64,000 bases of DNA from Promethearchaeota archaeon (GTDB taxonomy: Archaea > Asgardarchaeota > Lokiarchaeia > Sigyniarchaeales > SOKP01). Below, in pieces: positions 46,872 to 57,319 of the stretch. Below the pieces are notes generated by a model that searched no databases, had not been told where the DNA came from, and saw only the letters and a list, made by a program, of their open reading frames with translations. Where the stretch lies: NCBI GenBank assembly GCA_016839555.1, contig JAEOUA010000011.1:96001-160000 (forward strand). The letters run 5' to 3'. The position numbers and the translations under genes were made by a program. Position 1 is the first letter of the stretch. Each line of letters opens with the position of its first letter.

Positions 46872-46927
46872 GCTTAGTTGATAAGTTTTTTAAAAGTATT
46901 CTAACTTTCTTACTGTTAAAATTAATA

Positions 46928-47965
46928 TTAAATAATATATACAAAAATAGCCCATGAAATTAAAAATGTACCAAGCCCGAGAAAAATTGAAATTGGCAAT
47001 CCCGGCAATATTTTATTTCTTTTCAAACCCTGGATGGTTATACCTGTTCCTATTATTATAGCAAGTGCAGTTAATATCAAAATGATAATATTTTCTGTAA
47101 TAACTAAAGTAGCTGATGTGAGCATACTATAAAAAACTAAATCACCAATTCCTAGTTCCAATTTGGAGGTATCATATTCAAATTCACCAGTTTTTATTTT
47201 TTCTTCAATTTCCTCATCAGAAATATCAGAAGCAAGATCAATCATCTGTTTAATGGGCCCTTTCTTGTAAAGTACGGCAAAAATATCCCATAAGGATATG
47301 CCTATAAGAATAGCGATTGTTGTCCAGAGCGGCATCATTATGCCTAATAAAGCCCCTGTAAGAAGTCCCACATATAATATGATAAAATTTTTTATGAAAA
47401 GACTCTCGGTTGTAAAATATTTATACATCATATAAATGCTAACAGCAATAATACCAATTAACATAATATAATAAGTGATATCATAGATTAATTGAATGTT
47501 AGAAAAAGGTGGGAGAGAGATAAAGATAAGATATAATATAATTTCAGCAAAAAATAGCGTCTGTAGGATGATCAAAAAACCAATACTAAAGCCAAAAATA
47601 TATTTTAAAACATTTATTCCTTTCTTTTTTACTAAAAAAATGATAATAAATGCAGAAACTACGGCAATTACTGTAAAGATAATACCGTTTAATAATCCTG
47701 CAGTAAATCCGTATTCTGCTTCTGAGAAATATCCTCCTTCTATTTGAATTCCCGCGACACAATATGTTAAATATGTCAAGAATCCCGCACAAATAATAGC
47801 AATCAATACAGGAATAGGATAAAATATTCTTTTTACTGTGAAAGTGGGAAAAAAATGAGGAACAAACTTTTTTTCTACTAATTTTTTTTCTAATTCTTCA
47901 TTTAATTCCTTAGATCTCAGAGGCTCACTATTACTTAGTTCGTTTTTATTATGGTTATCAGACAT
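46928..47965 (-). CDS. Presenilin-family (A22) intramembrane aspartyl protease
   Basis: SLWDIFAVL..GP, LGIGDLVFYS, LPGLPISI. Confidence 0.9.
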   Translation of the reverse strand: MSDNHNKNELSNSEPLRSKELNEELEKKLVEKKFVPHFFPTFTVKRIFYPIPVLIAIICAGFLTYLTYCVAGIQIEGGYFSEAEYGFTAGLLNGIIFTVIAVVSAFIIIFLVKKKGINVLKYIFGFSIGFLIILQTLFFAEIILYLIFISLPPFSNIQLIYDITYYIMLIGIIAVSIYMMYKYFTTESLFIKNFIILYVGLLTGALLGIMMPLWTTIAILIGISLWDIFAVLYKKGPIKQMIDLASDISDEEIEEKIKTGEFEYDTSKLELGIGDLVFYSMLTSATLVITENIIILILTALAIIIGTGITIQGLKRNKILPGLPISIFLGLGTFLISWAIFVYII

Positions 47966-48004
47966 AATTATGAAAATATTTCTTTTAATATAGTAATCAA
48001 TAGT

Positions 48005-48019
48005 TATTTAAATAAAAAA
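48005..48019 (-). promoter_or_regulatory. T-rich-BRE/TATA motif TTTTTTATTTAAATA
   Basis: 39 nt upstream of the presenilin start; identical to 797-811. Confidence 0.45.
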
Positions 48020-48192
48020 TGCTTTTAAAACAAATGTCTTATTTCTTTTCCTAACAAAATAGTATTTAAACATTACTATTGCATCTTTTGAACTGGCATT
48101 TTGCTCTTATTTCGATCTATATTTTTTAATAAGAAAATCTAAATATTGAAATTGTTTTAATCATAATAGTAATAAAAAGATCTGGATTCCAA

Positions 48193-48990
48193 ATGAATCG
48201 ATATGAAAAATATAAAAGGAAAATTAAAAGGTATTATAACACAATTTCGAGATACAAGGTGAAATTAAAGAGAAAATTCATTAAATTGAAACATCTTATT
48301 ATAGAAATTGGGATCTCAAAAGACGAATTTTCCTTAATAGAGCCAAAAACACGAAAAATTTCATATCCATGTCATTTGGGGGTAATTATTATTGGAGACT
48401 TTAAGAATAATATATTCACTATTATTAGAAAAAATTTAATGGGTATTTTTGGGCCCTTCTTTTATGATATTCATGATCTGGGGAAAAAAGATTCTTTAGA
48501 TTATTTTCCGGGTGATATTTTTAAGAAGGGAATAAAAAGAGAATTAAAAGAGAATAAAAAATCTTTAGAGACCCTACGTCTTCATCCCACTAAAAAATTC
48601 CATCAGCTATTAATTGAGAAGAAAAAAGAATATGATGTGGATATTATCTTAGCGATCACCGACCTTCCCTTGTATTCTAGCTATGATAAGCAAATTATTT
48701 TCCTTTTTGGCGAAACAAACTTGAAGCATTTTTGTTCAATAGTATCATCTTTTAATTTGAAAGAAGAATTCTATGAACGGCATCATAATTATAATATATT
48801 TACACGAAGATTAATAAAAGAAGCTATACATGAAGTAGGTCATTTAATTTTGGGACCAGAGCATTGTTCAAATGATTTTTGTGTAATGAAATATTCATCT
48901 GACATTTCAGATATCGACCAAAAGTCGATTCATCTCTGCGCCGAATGTTATAAAAAATTAGCAACCCAAAGAAAAAAATATAATCTTTAA
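48193..48990 (+). CDS. Archaemetzincin (M54)
   Basis: KEAIHEVGHLILGPEHC...CVMKYS...D.K...LC..C. Confidence 0.88.
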   Translation: MNRYEKYKRKIKRYYNTISRYKVKLKRKFIKLKHLIIEIGISKDEFSLIEPKTRKISYPCHLGVIIIGDFKNNIFTIIRKNLMGIFGPFFYDIHDLGKKDSLDYFPGDIFKKGIKRELKENKKSLETLRLHPTKKFHQLLIEKKKEYDVDIILAITDLPLYSSYDKQIIFLFGETNLKHFCSIVSSFNLKEEFYERHHNYNIFTRRLIKEAIHEVGHLILGPEHCSNDFCVMKYSSDISDIDQKSIHLCAECYKKLATQRKKYNL

Positions 48991-49005
48991 AATTTTTAAA
49001 ATATT

Positions 49006-50253
49006 TTAGAAATAAATGTTTGGATTTTGACGAGCGAAATTTTTCACTATTTCTACTCTTTCTCTTCGTGCCTTTCCATAATATCTTAAGGGATATAATT
49101 CATTAATAGTTAATTCATAGATTTTTACCCAATTCTTTGCCACATTTTCGATCCTATGACTTTCAGCAACTTTTCGCGCGTTTTTTCCAAATTCTTTTCT
49201 AAGATCATCATCTTTCAATAATTTCACTATATAATCTTCGAATTCACTTAAATTATTTGCTAGATACCCCGTTTTTCCATGCTTAATTACATCAGCTATT
49301 CCGCTTCCATTCGCCCCTACATTCGGTGTGCCTTGAGCCATTGCCTCTAATAATACTAACCCTTCCGCTTCTACCCAAGACCATAAACAAGATACATCTG
49401 CTGTATTATAAAGCTTAATTAAATCATCGAAAGGTACTCTTCCCGCATAGGATATAAAATCTCTATATTTTCGTTTATTTACAATCCGTTTTACTGAATT
49501 AGAAGAAGGACCATTTTCTCCAACCAATAAGAGATGGGCATCGGGTATCCTTTTATGAATATCTTTAAATTGTTTAATAATTCTTATGGGATGTTTTTCT
49601 GGAGATAATCTTGCAACATTTAATAGTACTTTTTTGTCCTCTATTCCATATTTTTCTCGTATTCCATTGGGTTTCGGATGTTGAAAATATAAATCACTTA
49701 TTCCGTTTGTCAGGGAGATGATAGGTTCCTTAAATTTATATTCCAATAACATTTCTTTTTTTGTTTTGGTTGGAACATGACATAAATCGTATTTTTCCAA
49801 AGCTAATCGTTCATACCACCAGAGAAATTCATTCTTTACTAGCATTTTTCCAATAATCGGAAGATATTGAGAAGAGTAAAAAGTCATTGGACTATGGTGG
49901 CTTCCAACCATCGGAATTCCGTTTCTTTTTGCCCAGTGTATTCCAAGCGCGCCAATTGATGCGTGAGTCTGTAAATGAATCACATCTAAATATTTAGGGC
50001 CCGGCATAAAAGCTCTGTGAAGGGGAAAACTAAGTACAAAACCAGTGCTTTCTGCTACTCGAGCACCTCCAAGAGAGTGATAATGTAAAGTTTTTGGTTT
50101 TCCATTATGGCCGTTTTCTATTCGTGGTGCAAAAATGTGCACATTATGACCTAGTTTTGCTAATGCTTCGCTTAAAAATCTGCAAGCATGAGCAGAACCA
50201 TTTGTTTGGCTATAAAGACAAGAGAACATGCCGATTGACAATTTCTTCGTCAT
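49006..50253 (-). CDS. GT4 glycosyltransferase
   Basis: ARLSPEK, EAEGLVLLEAMAQG, HGKTG. Confidence 0.9.
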   Translation of the reverse strand: MTKKLSIGMFSCLYSQTNGSAHACRFLSEALAKLGHNVHIFAPRIENGHNGKPKTLHYHSLGGARVAESTGFVLSFPLHRAFMPGPKYLDVIHLQTHASIGALGIHWAKRNGIPMVGSHHSPMTFYSSQYLPIIGKMLVKNEFLWWYERLALEKYDLCHVPTKTKKEMLLEYKFKEPIISLTNGISDLYFQHPKPNGIREKYGIEDKKVLLNVARLSPEKHPIRIIKQFKDIHKRIPDAHLLLVGENGPSSNSVKRIVNKRKYRDFISYAGRVPFDDLIKLYNTADVSCLWSWVEAEGLVLLEAMAQGTPNVGANGSGIADVIKHGKTGYLANNLSEFEDYIVKLLKDDDLRKEFGKNARKVAESHRIENVAKNWVKIYELTINELYPLRYYGKARRERVEIVKNFARQNPNIYF

Positions 50254-50444
50254 TTTGAAGTATTTAGGCCATATGTGATTGATTATTTATCTAGATGTTT
50301 GTTTGTTTAAATACTTATCTAGACGATTTTGGTATTAATAAAAAAATAAGATTTCAAATAATAAAAACCTTTTTTTCAATATTTTTTTGAACTAATATTA
50401 TATTTCTATCTTTCTGAGCTCTATATTCCAATCAAAAATCTTTT

Positions 50445-50648
50445 TTGGCACGAATAATTCTTTATTATATGGACAAAGTAGAGAAAAAAAAGATTATACA
50501 AGATATTATTAGAAAGAGACGACTCCCGTATTCTTTAGATTTAATAGAAGTTCAAGGGAATAAATATCGAATCGTGAATAATTTTGGTTCTGAAATTGTA
50601 TATATTAAGAAAGATGATGAATATTATTTAGAAAATGAATTAGAATAA
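50445..50648 (+). CDS. Small hypothetical protein
   Basis: Protein-like 59-67 aa ORF (ATG at 50469). Confidence 0.55.
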   Translation: MARIILYYMDKVEKKKIIQDIIRKRRLPYSLDLIEVQGNKYRIVNNFGSEIVYIKKDDEYYLENELE

Positions 50649-50820
50649 AAAATTATTTTATTACTAAATAGATTATATTAATTCTATATAGTAGTTAAGA
50701 ATTTAAGATTGTGTTTTTTCTATATAAAATAGGAAAAAAGTACGTAATTTAAAAAAAAATAAAAACTCGTGATTAATCATTCGTCGAGTAGAGTCCAGAT
50801 CAGACAGAACGGAAAATAAA

Positions 50821-51915
50821 TTGACGGAAAAGTTTCGTGCGGTAATAGACAAAAATACATCATTGACAATGTATCAAAAGAAAAACCGATTCTATTGTAT
50901 TATCCGAAAAGATTTGGCAAAGAATTATGAAATTGAAGTAGATGCCTCTGAAGCTCCTATTTTAAACAAATTCTTAAAGGATCCGGATCCATACGAATCA
51001 AGTATGGCAGAAATCAAGATTTTAGAACAGGAAGTATTTCCAATAAATGAAACGACAAAGGAAATATTTGGAGAGGATAAAGGTCTTGAATTAAAAACCA
51101 TTAAATTGGGAATAGGAGGTAATATTACTGATTATGTGACAATAGGAGAGGAAGATCTTATTAAATTTGATGTAAAACCGACGCTTACAGGATTAATGAG
51201 TTTTATTGAAGAAAACAACGAAAGCATATTAGGGTTCCTCGATTGCAATTATATTAGAGAGGAAGGCAACGTAGAATATTTAAATTGCAGCAAAACAAAT
51301 CTTTCGGAAAATATTTATTCAATAAAATTGAAAATTCTTGCATCCATGCAACAGAGAGGCTATTATCTACAAGAAGAACATAAATATTATGGCCTTCAGC
51401 TTTATATTATCATAGAATCAAAGGTACCAAATGATGATAAATTATTGGAATTCTTAAAAGAACTAGGAATTGATTGGGAGTTAGTCTTTTTTAGAAGAAG
51501 GTTAGGAATCCACGACTGGACAGAAATAGAATGCGAATATAATTCTGATAATCTTAAAAGCTATTTGCGCGCCAAATTTGAAAGTCTCAATTATTTTGAT
51601 GTAAATAATATTAATCGGTTAATTACGAAAAATAATTTAGCATTTATAGTTGCTGATAAGATGGCATCATTATTAGATAAAATGAAGAGAGAACGCTCTT
51701 TTAAACTCGAAGGAAAAGAAATCAAACCATCCACATACAATATAAATGATTATAGTGGTGGGGATGAATATTCGAGAACTCTTAAAAAAGCAGAAATAGC
51801 GGCTGCGGCAAAACTCGCTTGTGCATATTTGGGTATTCAGAAGGAGATTAAATTTGACAGGGATGTCTCGGATGCAGAGATCCTAAAATATCAAGAAGAA
51901 TTAGCCAATATCTAA
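50821..51915 (+). CDS. Hypothetical protein
   Basis: 364-aa ORF with no motif recognised. Confidence 0.65.
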   Translation: MTEKFRAVIDKNTSLTMYQKKNRFYCIIRKDLAKNYEIEVDASEAPILNKFLKDPDPYESSMAEIKILEQEVFPINETTKEIFGEDKGLELKTIKLGIGGNITDYVTIGEEDLIKFDVKPTLTGLMSFIEENNESILGFLDCNYIREEGNVEYLNCSKTNLSENIYSIKLKILASMQQRGYYLQEEHKYYGLQLYIIIESKVPNDDKLLEFLKELGIDWELVFFRRRLGIHDWTEIECEYNSDNLKSYLRAKFESLNYFDVNNINRLITKNNLAFIVADKMASLLDKMKRERSFKLEGKEIKPSTYNINDYSGGDEYSRTLKKAEIAAAAKLACAYLGIQKEIKFDRDVSDAEILKYQEELANI

Positions 51916-52258
51916 CTGTTTATTAACAAGAATTAATTTTACTTATTTAAAAATATCCTTTAATAATATCTACTAATTCTTTTAATCCATATTATAACCT
52001 ATCGTAGTTATTTATTTTTTTTTTGTTTAAGTCTTAATTCATTTTAAAATGAATGAAACTAAAATTTTAAAATTGAATTATTTAAGAAAAGGCTCTAAAG
52101 AATCGAATAATTATTCTCTATTTATTTTTTAAAATAATTTTTAAAAATTTGCTTCAATTTATTTAGTGGATTACTCTATTTTTTTAGTTTTTAACATATT
52201 TAAGAATAAATAATTAATTTTGTATGTTTAAAAATAGAAACATAAATTATAAAGGGGG

Positions 52259-52624
52259 GTGAAGATGTCGGAAGCTATTAAAGAAACAGAAGGTTCTGAA
52301 CTTGAAGAAGTAAAAGAAAAAGAAGAAATGACGGAAAGAATAATTTCACCAAGATTTTACCTTTGCGTAAAAGATAGTGGAAGGGGATATTCAGGAGAAA
52401 TTCATTTACCTGGAGTAGATAGAGAATTTATTACTCTACGGATGAATGAAAATTATTTATTAGTTACTGGTAAAACGGATAGCATTAAATACATAAGATC
52501 ATTTGGATTTGGTTGTCCAGTTGATCCTAAAACTGCCAAATCCAAATATAGGGAAGGCTTATTGACATTTGAAGTAGAATTCAAAGAGCCGGATCTCCGC
52601 ACAATTGATATAGAAGTTGCATAA
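52259..52624 (+). CDS. Small heat-shock protein (Hsp20)
   Basis: LPGVD, VDP..AKSKYREGLLT. Confidence 0.85.
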   Translation: MKMSEAIKETEGSELEEVKEKEEMTERIISPRFYLCVKDSGRGYSGEIHLPGVDREFITLRMNENYLLVTGKTDSIKYIRSFGFGCPVDPKTAKSKYREGLLTFEVEFKEPDLRTIDIEVA

Positions 52625-52687
52625 CTTCTTTTACTTCTCTTTTTTTAAAAATAGATCTATAATTCTATTAACAGTGCGATAAAAAAA

Positions 52688-52885
52688 ATGGATGAAAAAA
52701 AAGAAGAAATGAAAAATAAAAGTAAGCAAGATAAAGAAATAAAGAGAAGAATAATAATTAAACCATTTAAGGATTATAAAGTTCAAAAATGTATCGATCC
52801 TTATGATTTGTTGGCAGCTATCAATACAAATGATTCTAAAGATCAATTAAAAAGATGCCTAAATGATATGCTATTTATTCATTAA
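52688..52885 (+). CDS. Small hypothetical protein
   Basis: 65-aa ATG-initiated ORF. Confidence 0.45.
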   Translation: MDEKKEEMKNKSKQDKEIKRRIIIKPFKDYKVQKCIDPYDLLAAINTNDSKDQLKRCLNDMLFIH

Positions 52886-53060
52886 CTGCTTATTACAAAA
52901 AATTCTCTGCTGAAATAATCTTAGATAAAGTATATAAAAAATTATGAAATTTCAATAAGAGAAGTTCTATAATTTTTACTTTATTTATTTGGCATATCTT
53001 TTTTAAGATCTTATAATATCCATAAAAAATAAAAATATAAAATTTAAAAAATAAAGAGAT

Positions 53061-54056
53061 TTATTTTAATCCGAAAGATTCTTTCAACAATCTTTCATCC
53101 TGTTTTCCAACAGTTATCGTCTTTCCCGTTTTAATATTATTTACGGTATATATTGCGGGAGCAAACAATCCTGGATCTATTTTATAGAAATCATATTCCG
53201 ATTCCTTAAAAATTACATTAAAAGGTTGTCCATAGCTTGAAGAAGTACTTGCCGGTGCTTTTTGAAGAAGTTCAAACAATTCTGCCTCTTTTTCTTTATC
53301 TGCTTTAATTGTATAAAATGTTTGACCAACTGCAAACATAGCATCATTAGGTGGCCCCATTGCCGCGAAATCATCTTTAGCAACTGGTGCGACAGGCACA
53401 GTTCCATAGCCATCTTGAATAACTTCTAATGGAAAATGAATTTCATGTAATTTATGAATACCAGTTTCAACAATTCTAGCAGCAACTTGAATAGAGCCAG
53501 TAAGGCATGCAGTTGGTGCACATACAGCATATGTATCACTCACATCGACTTTACATTTTTCGGCAACTAATTCCATAACCTCCTCATTAGGTAATTTAGG
53601 GGTTTCGAATACTAGGACTGCACAATTTGAATCATCTTGGTATTCGATCTCATTAAATAATTTTTCAACTCTACTTTTCGCTCTCGCTGGACCCGAACCT
53701 AAAGACTGAAAGATGGTCTTTTTTTTCATTTCTCCATCTTTTTCCACTTCTTTTTTGATTTTTATACTCCATCCTGCTAATTGGGAGGCCATACAAGAGA
53801 TAATGGGAAATGAAGTATATACGTTAACGCTTGGTAAAAAATAAGTGTCTAGAGTATAAGTTGAAAATTCTACATTACCTAATCCCCCCATACATATCTC
53901 TCCAACCAGTTTTCCACCTTCCCAAGAAGCATTTTTCATACTCAACAAAGTTGCCCCGTTTTGCAATGTATGAACTTCTGCACCATAAAGATCTTTATGA
54001 TCTATTATTTTTTGAACAATATTTTTAGCTAAATCATTAACTTTTACGTGATGCAT
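53061..54056 (-). CDS. mch: Methenyl-H4MPT cyclohydrolase
   Basis: ICMGGLG, SQLAGW, GSGPARA, APTA.LTGSIQVAARIVE, DFYKIDPGLFAPA. Confidence 0.95.
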   Translation of the reverse strand: MHHVKVNDLAKNIVQKIIDHKDLYGAEVHTLQNGATLLSMKNASWEGGKLVGEICMGGLGNVEFSTYTLDTYFLPSVNVYTSFPIISCMASQLAGWSIKIKKEVEKDGEMKKKTIFQSLGSGPARAKSRVEKLFNEIEYQDDSNCAVLVFETPKLPNEEVMELVAEKCKVDVSDTYAVCAPTACLTGSIQVAARIVETGIHKLHEIHFPLEVIQDGYGTVPVAPVAKDDFAAMGPPNDAMFAVGQTFYTIKADKEKEAELFELLQKAPASTSSSYGQPFNVIFKESEYDFYKIDPGLFAPAIYTVNNIKTGKTITVGKQDERLLKESFGLK

Positions 54057-54276
54057 CTATTATATTTCACCAATTTTTTTCTATTTATAACTTTTTAACA
54101 TTTTATCATTATTAAAATTTTTATAAATATAACAGTTCCAATTAAAAGTCTATTGATTTAATTAATGATACATTTTTATATTTCTTTTAAAAAAATTTAT
54201 GATATTTTATAGTTTTAGATTAATTTATTAATAAATATTTAGGAAAAAAAGTTTAAACATCCAAAGATTTTAAATT

Positions 54277-55788
54277 ATGGAAATGAATTCTATCTCAGAT
54301 AATTTTGAACAATTCTTCTCGGATTTTATCCAAATAAAACAATTTTTCTATGAGAATTATAACAAGAGTGAAAGTCCAGTGAAAATTTATACTCATTTAG
54401 ATGCTGATGGATTATCTTCCGGTGCTATTCTTGGTAAAGCACTATATCGCGAAAATATTCCTTTTCAAATTACTGTTATAAAACAATTAGAACGAGAAGA
54501 AATAAAGAAAATTGTTGCTCAAAGTGAGAAATTTAATAATTTTATAATATTTTCTGATTTTGGAAGTGGTCAATATTCCGTTCTCAAAGAATTATTAAAA
54601 AATCCCTTTATTATTTTGGATCACCATCTTCCTCAAGGAATTGCCAATAAAGATGAAATAGATGCATTGGAGGAAATTTACCTCGAAACTAAGCAGTGGC
54701 AAATTAATCCATACTTCTATGGGTTTGATGGTTCTAGTGAGATATCTGGATCGGGGGTATGCTACTATTTTACAAAATGCATTAATAAGAATAATAAGGA
54801 TCTTTCAGCAATCGCGCTTATTGGAGCTAATGGTGATGTACAAAATAAAGGACTTAATAAATCATTCACAGGAGTCAATGCAAAGATCCTTGAAGATGCT
54901 AAGGAAAGTAATTTAATCCAAGTTGTTGATGATATCAATTTTTCCCCAATTAGACCTTTAAATGAAGCATTAGCTTATTCTTCTGATATTAATTTGCCCG
55001 GTTTGAGCGGTGATGTAAATAAAAGTCTAAAATTTCTAAAAAAGCTTGGTATTTTAATGGAAAAACCTGACGGAACCATTAAAACTTTATTAGATTTAAA
55101 TCAATCTGAAAAACAAAAAATAACTTCAGCCATTATCGAATATGCTTCCTTGAAATTAAATATTGAACCCTATGAGATTCTTAATAACTTAATTGTAAAT
55201 AGATATTTATTAATAAATGAAGAAATGGGCTCTGAATTGCATGATATTAATGAGTTTTCACATTTATTAAATGCTTGTGGACGTTCTAATAATGCTTCAA
55301 TTGGAATTGCTATTGCGATGGGTGATAGAGAAAAAGCCTATCGACAAGCTCAAGAAAATCTTGCAGCATATAAAAAATCTCTTTCAGAGGCACTTTTATG
55401 GGTTAAAAAGGAGGATATAATACAAGAACTAGATTCTATCCAATATTTTTATGGTGAGGATATCATTCCAGAGACGATCATTGGTACCGTATGCTCGATG
55501 TTGATTTATGATGAGAGTAAAATAATTAAAAAAAGTAAACCGCTCTTTGGGTATGCAAAAAGAAAGGATGAACGCGTTTATAAAATTTCTGCAAGGGCTC
55601 ATGAGTCAATTGTAGAAAAAGGTGTGAATTTATCTGAGGCAATAAGAGAAGCATTACAACTCTCTAATCTAAACGCATTAGGAGGAGGTCATCCTCCCGC
55701 AGCAGGTACCACAGTTCCAATTGATAAAATTGATTTGTTTATTTCTAATTGTAATAAAGTTATAAAACAACAATTAGAAGAAAATTAA
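54277..55788 (+). CDS. RecJ/GAN/Cdc45-like DHH nuclease
   Basis: HLDADG, DFGS, LDHH, LNACGR, GGGHPPAAG. Confidence 0.9.
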   Translation: MEMNSISDNFEQFFSDFIQIKQFFYENYNKSESPVKIYTHLDADGLSSGAILGKALYRENIPFQITVIKQLEREEIKKIVAQSEKFNNFIIFSDFGSGQYSVLKELLKNPFIILDHHLPQGIANKDEIDALEEIYLETKQWQINPYFYGFDGSSEISGSGVCYYFTKCINKNNKDLSAIALIGANGDVQNKGLNKSFTGVNAKILEDAKESNLIQVVDDINFSPIRPLNEALAYSSDINLPGLSGDVNKSLKFLKKLGILMEKPDGTIKTLLDLNQSEKQKITSAIIEYASLKLNIEPYEILNNLIVNRYLLINEEMGSELHDINEFSHLLNACGRSNNASIGIAIAMGDREKAYRQAQENLAAYKKSLSEALLWVKKEDIIQELDSIQYFYGEDIIPETIIGTVCSMLIYDESKIIKKSKPLFGYAKRKDERVYKISARAHESIVEKGVNLSEAIREALQLSNLNALGGGHPPAAGTTVPIDKIDLFISNCNKVIKQQLEEN

Positions 55789-57092
55789 ATTTTATATACT
55801 TCTCCATCCTCTGGCGCGACAGAATTGAAACCTTTTTCTGCTAATTGTTTAGCAAAAGTAATTGTCGCCTTATTATCTCCGTGAACGCAGAAGATTTCTT
55901 TTGAATTATTATTAAAATTTAAACTATCGATATAATTATGAAGTTCCTCTCCATCTGAATGACTGGAAAAATCATAATGCTTTATTTCACATTTGGCTTT
56001 AATGTTAATATCATAGTCGATATATGGATAGCTATGATGCTCTTTAAATTGAAAAATGCCCTCATCAAGCAATTGTCGTCCAGGAGTTCCTTCAACTTGA
56101 TACCCAATTAAAAAAATTGCTGAAGAGGGATCCTTTAATATAGGTCGTATATATTCCATAGCAGCGCCTCCTTTAAGCATCCCAGAAGGAGATACAATTA
56201 CACCATTAGATTTTTTTGCATATAATCTTTTTCTTCTACGATTTACAAAGTTCACATTTCTCATAGCCTTTCTATAATTATTTTTATTTTTTAATGAGTT
56301 GGGATAATCAAAATAGATTTTGGAAATTAAAGTTGCCAATCCATCAAGAAACAATTTCCCTTTATAATGATATTTATCTAAAATCATCAATGCTTCTTGA
56401 GATCGAGCAACACCAAACGCAGGAACTAAAACCTTACCTCCATTTTCAATGATATTTATGGTTCTCTCTACAAATTCTCTCTCAAGAGCAGCACGTGGAG
56501 GGTGTGCGCGTAATGCATAGGTTGATTCCATTATCGCAACATCAATTTCAGGAATATCATTAGGATTAGCTGAGTCTACGAGATTAGTTTTGATAGTATT
56601 TATATCTCCGGAATAAAATATCCGTTTTCCATCAACCTCAACTATAATTGAAACACTTCCTGGGACATGACCTGCATCATAAAAAGTAATATAAAACTTG
56701 GGGGCAATTTTTTGTTTAATACCGTTCTCAAGAAACTGTGAATATCTTATTAATTCATTAATTTCTTTTTTACCAAAAGGATATGGATAACTAGAGACTT
56801 TTAGCATATCATAAATAAGTTTTTCCACAATTTCTAACGTAACGGCATTTGTAAATAAAGGCGGTTTATTTCCATTCAAATAAAGAAATGGTAAAGCCCC
56901 AGAATGATCAATATGACAGTGGGTCAGTGCTACAGCTTTAAGACGAGATAAATTTGCTGCAATTGGCATCCTGTCCTCTTCATTAAAGCGTACTCCATAA
57001 TCAAGCACACATTGATCTCCTTGATTTGATTCTATTAGTATTGCAGATCTGCCAACTTCTCTACAGCTTCCAAGAAAGGATATCTTAACCAT
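55785..57092 (-). CDS. Beta-CASP metallo-beta-lactamase ribonuclease (aCPSF2-like)
   Basis: EVGRS, THCHIDHSG, AGHVPGS, SGD, ESTY, SGML.GG, FSSHSD, VHGD. Confidence 0.92.
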   Translation of the reverse strand: MVKISFLGSCREVGRSAILIESNQGDQCVLDYGVRFNEEDRMPIAANLSRLKAVALTHCHIDHSGALPFLYLNGNKPPLFTNAVTLEIVEKLIYDMLKVSSYPYPFGKKEINELIRYSQFLENGIKQKIAPKFYITFYDAGHVPGSVSIIVEVDGKRIFYSGDINTIKTNLVDSANPNDIPEIDVAIMESTYALRAHPPRAALEREFVERTINIIENGGKVLVPAFGVARSQEALMILDKYHYKGKLFLDGLATLISKIYFDYPNSLKNKNNYRKAMRNVNFVNRRRKRLYAKKSNGVIVSPSGMLKGGAAMEYIRPILKDPSSAIFLIGYQVEGTPGRQLLDEGIFQFKEHHSYPYIDYDINIKAKCEIKHYDFSSHSDGEELHNYIDSLNFNNNSKEIFCVHGDNKATITFAKQLAEKGFNSVAPEDGEVYKI

Positions 57093-57319
57093 AAAAAATA
57101 TACCTAATAAAATAAAGTTGAATTTTAATTCGAATTCTAATGTTATAAATAATTTATTAAAGAATAATTTTTCGATTGATGGGTCTAAAAATCTGCCTAT
57201 AAATAGAATTAGAGATAATTTTTTTCATCAATTTTTTAATATTGAATTTGAAAAAATTAAAAAAATCTTTTTCTTTATTTTAAAGAAAGAATTAAATAAA
57301 ACTATTATAAAATATATGG

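Noticed and set aside
50714-50728. TTTTTTCTATATAAA upstream of 50821
   Set aside because: It is 92 nt from the start, an imperfect match, and could be a terminator of the upstream ORF.
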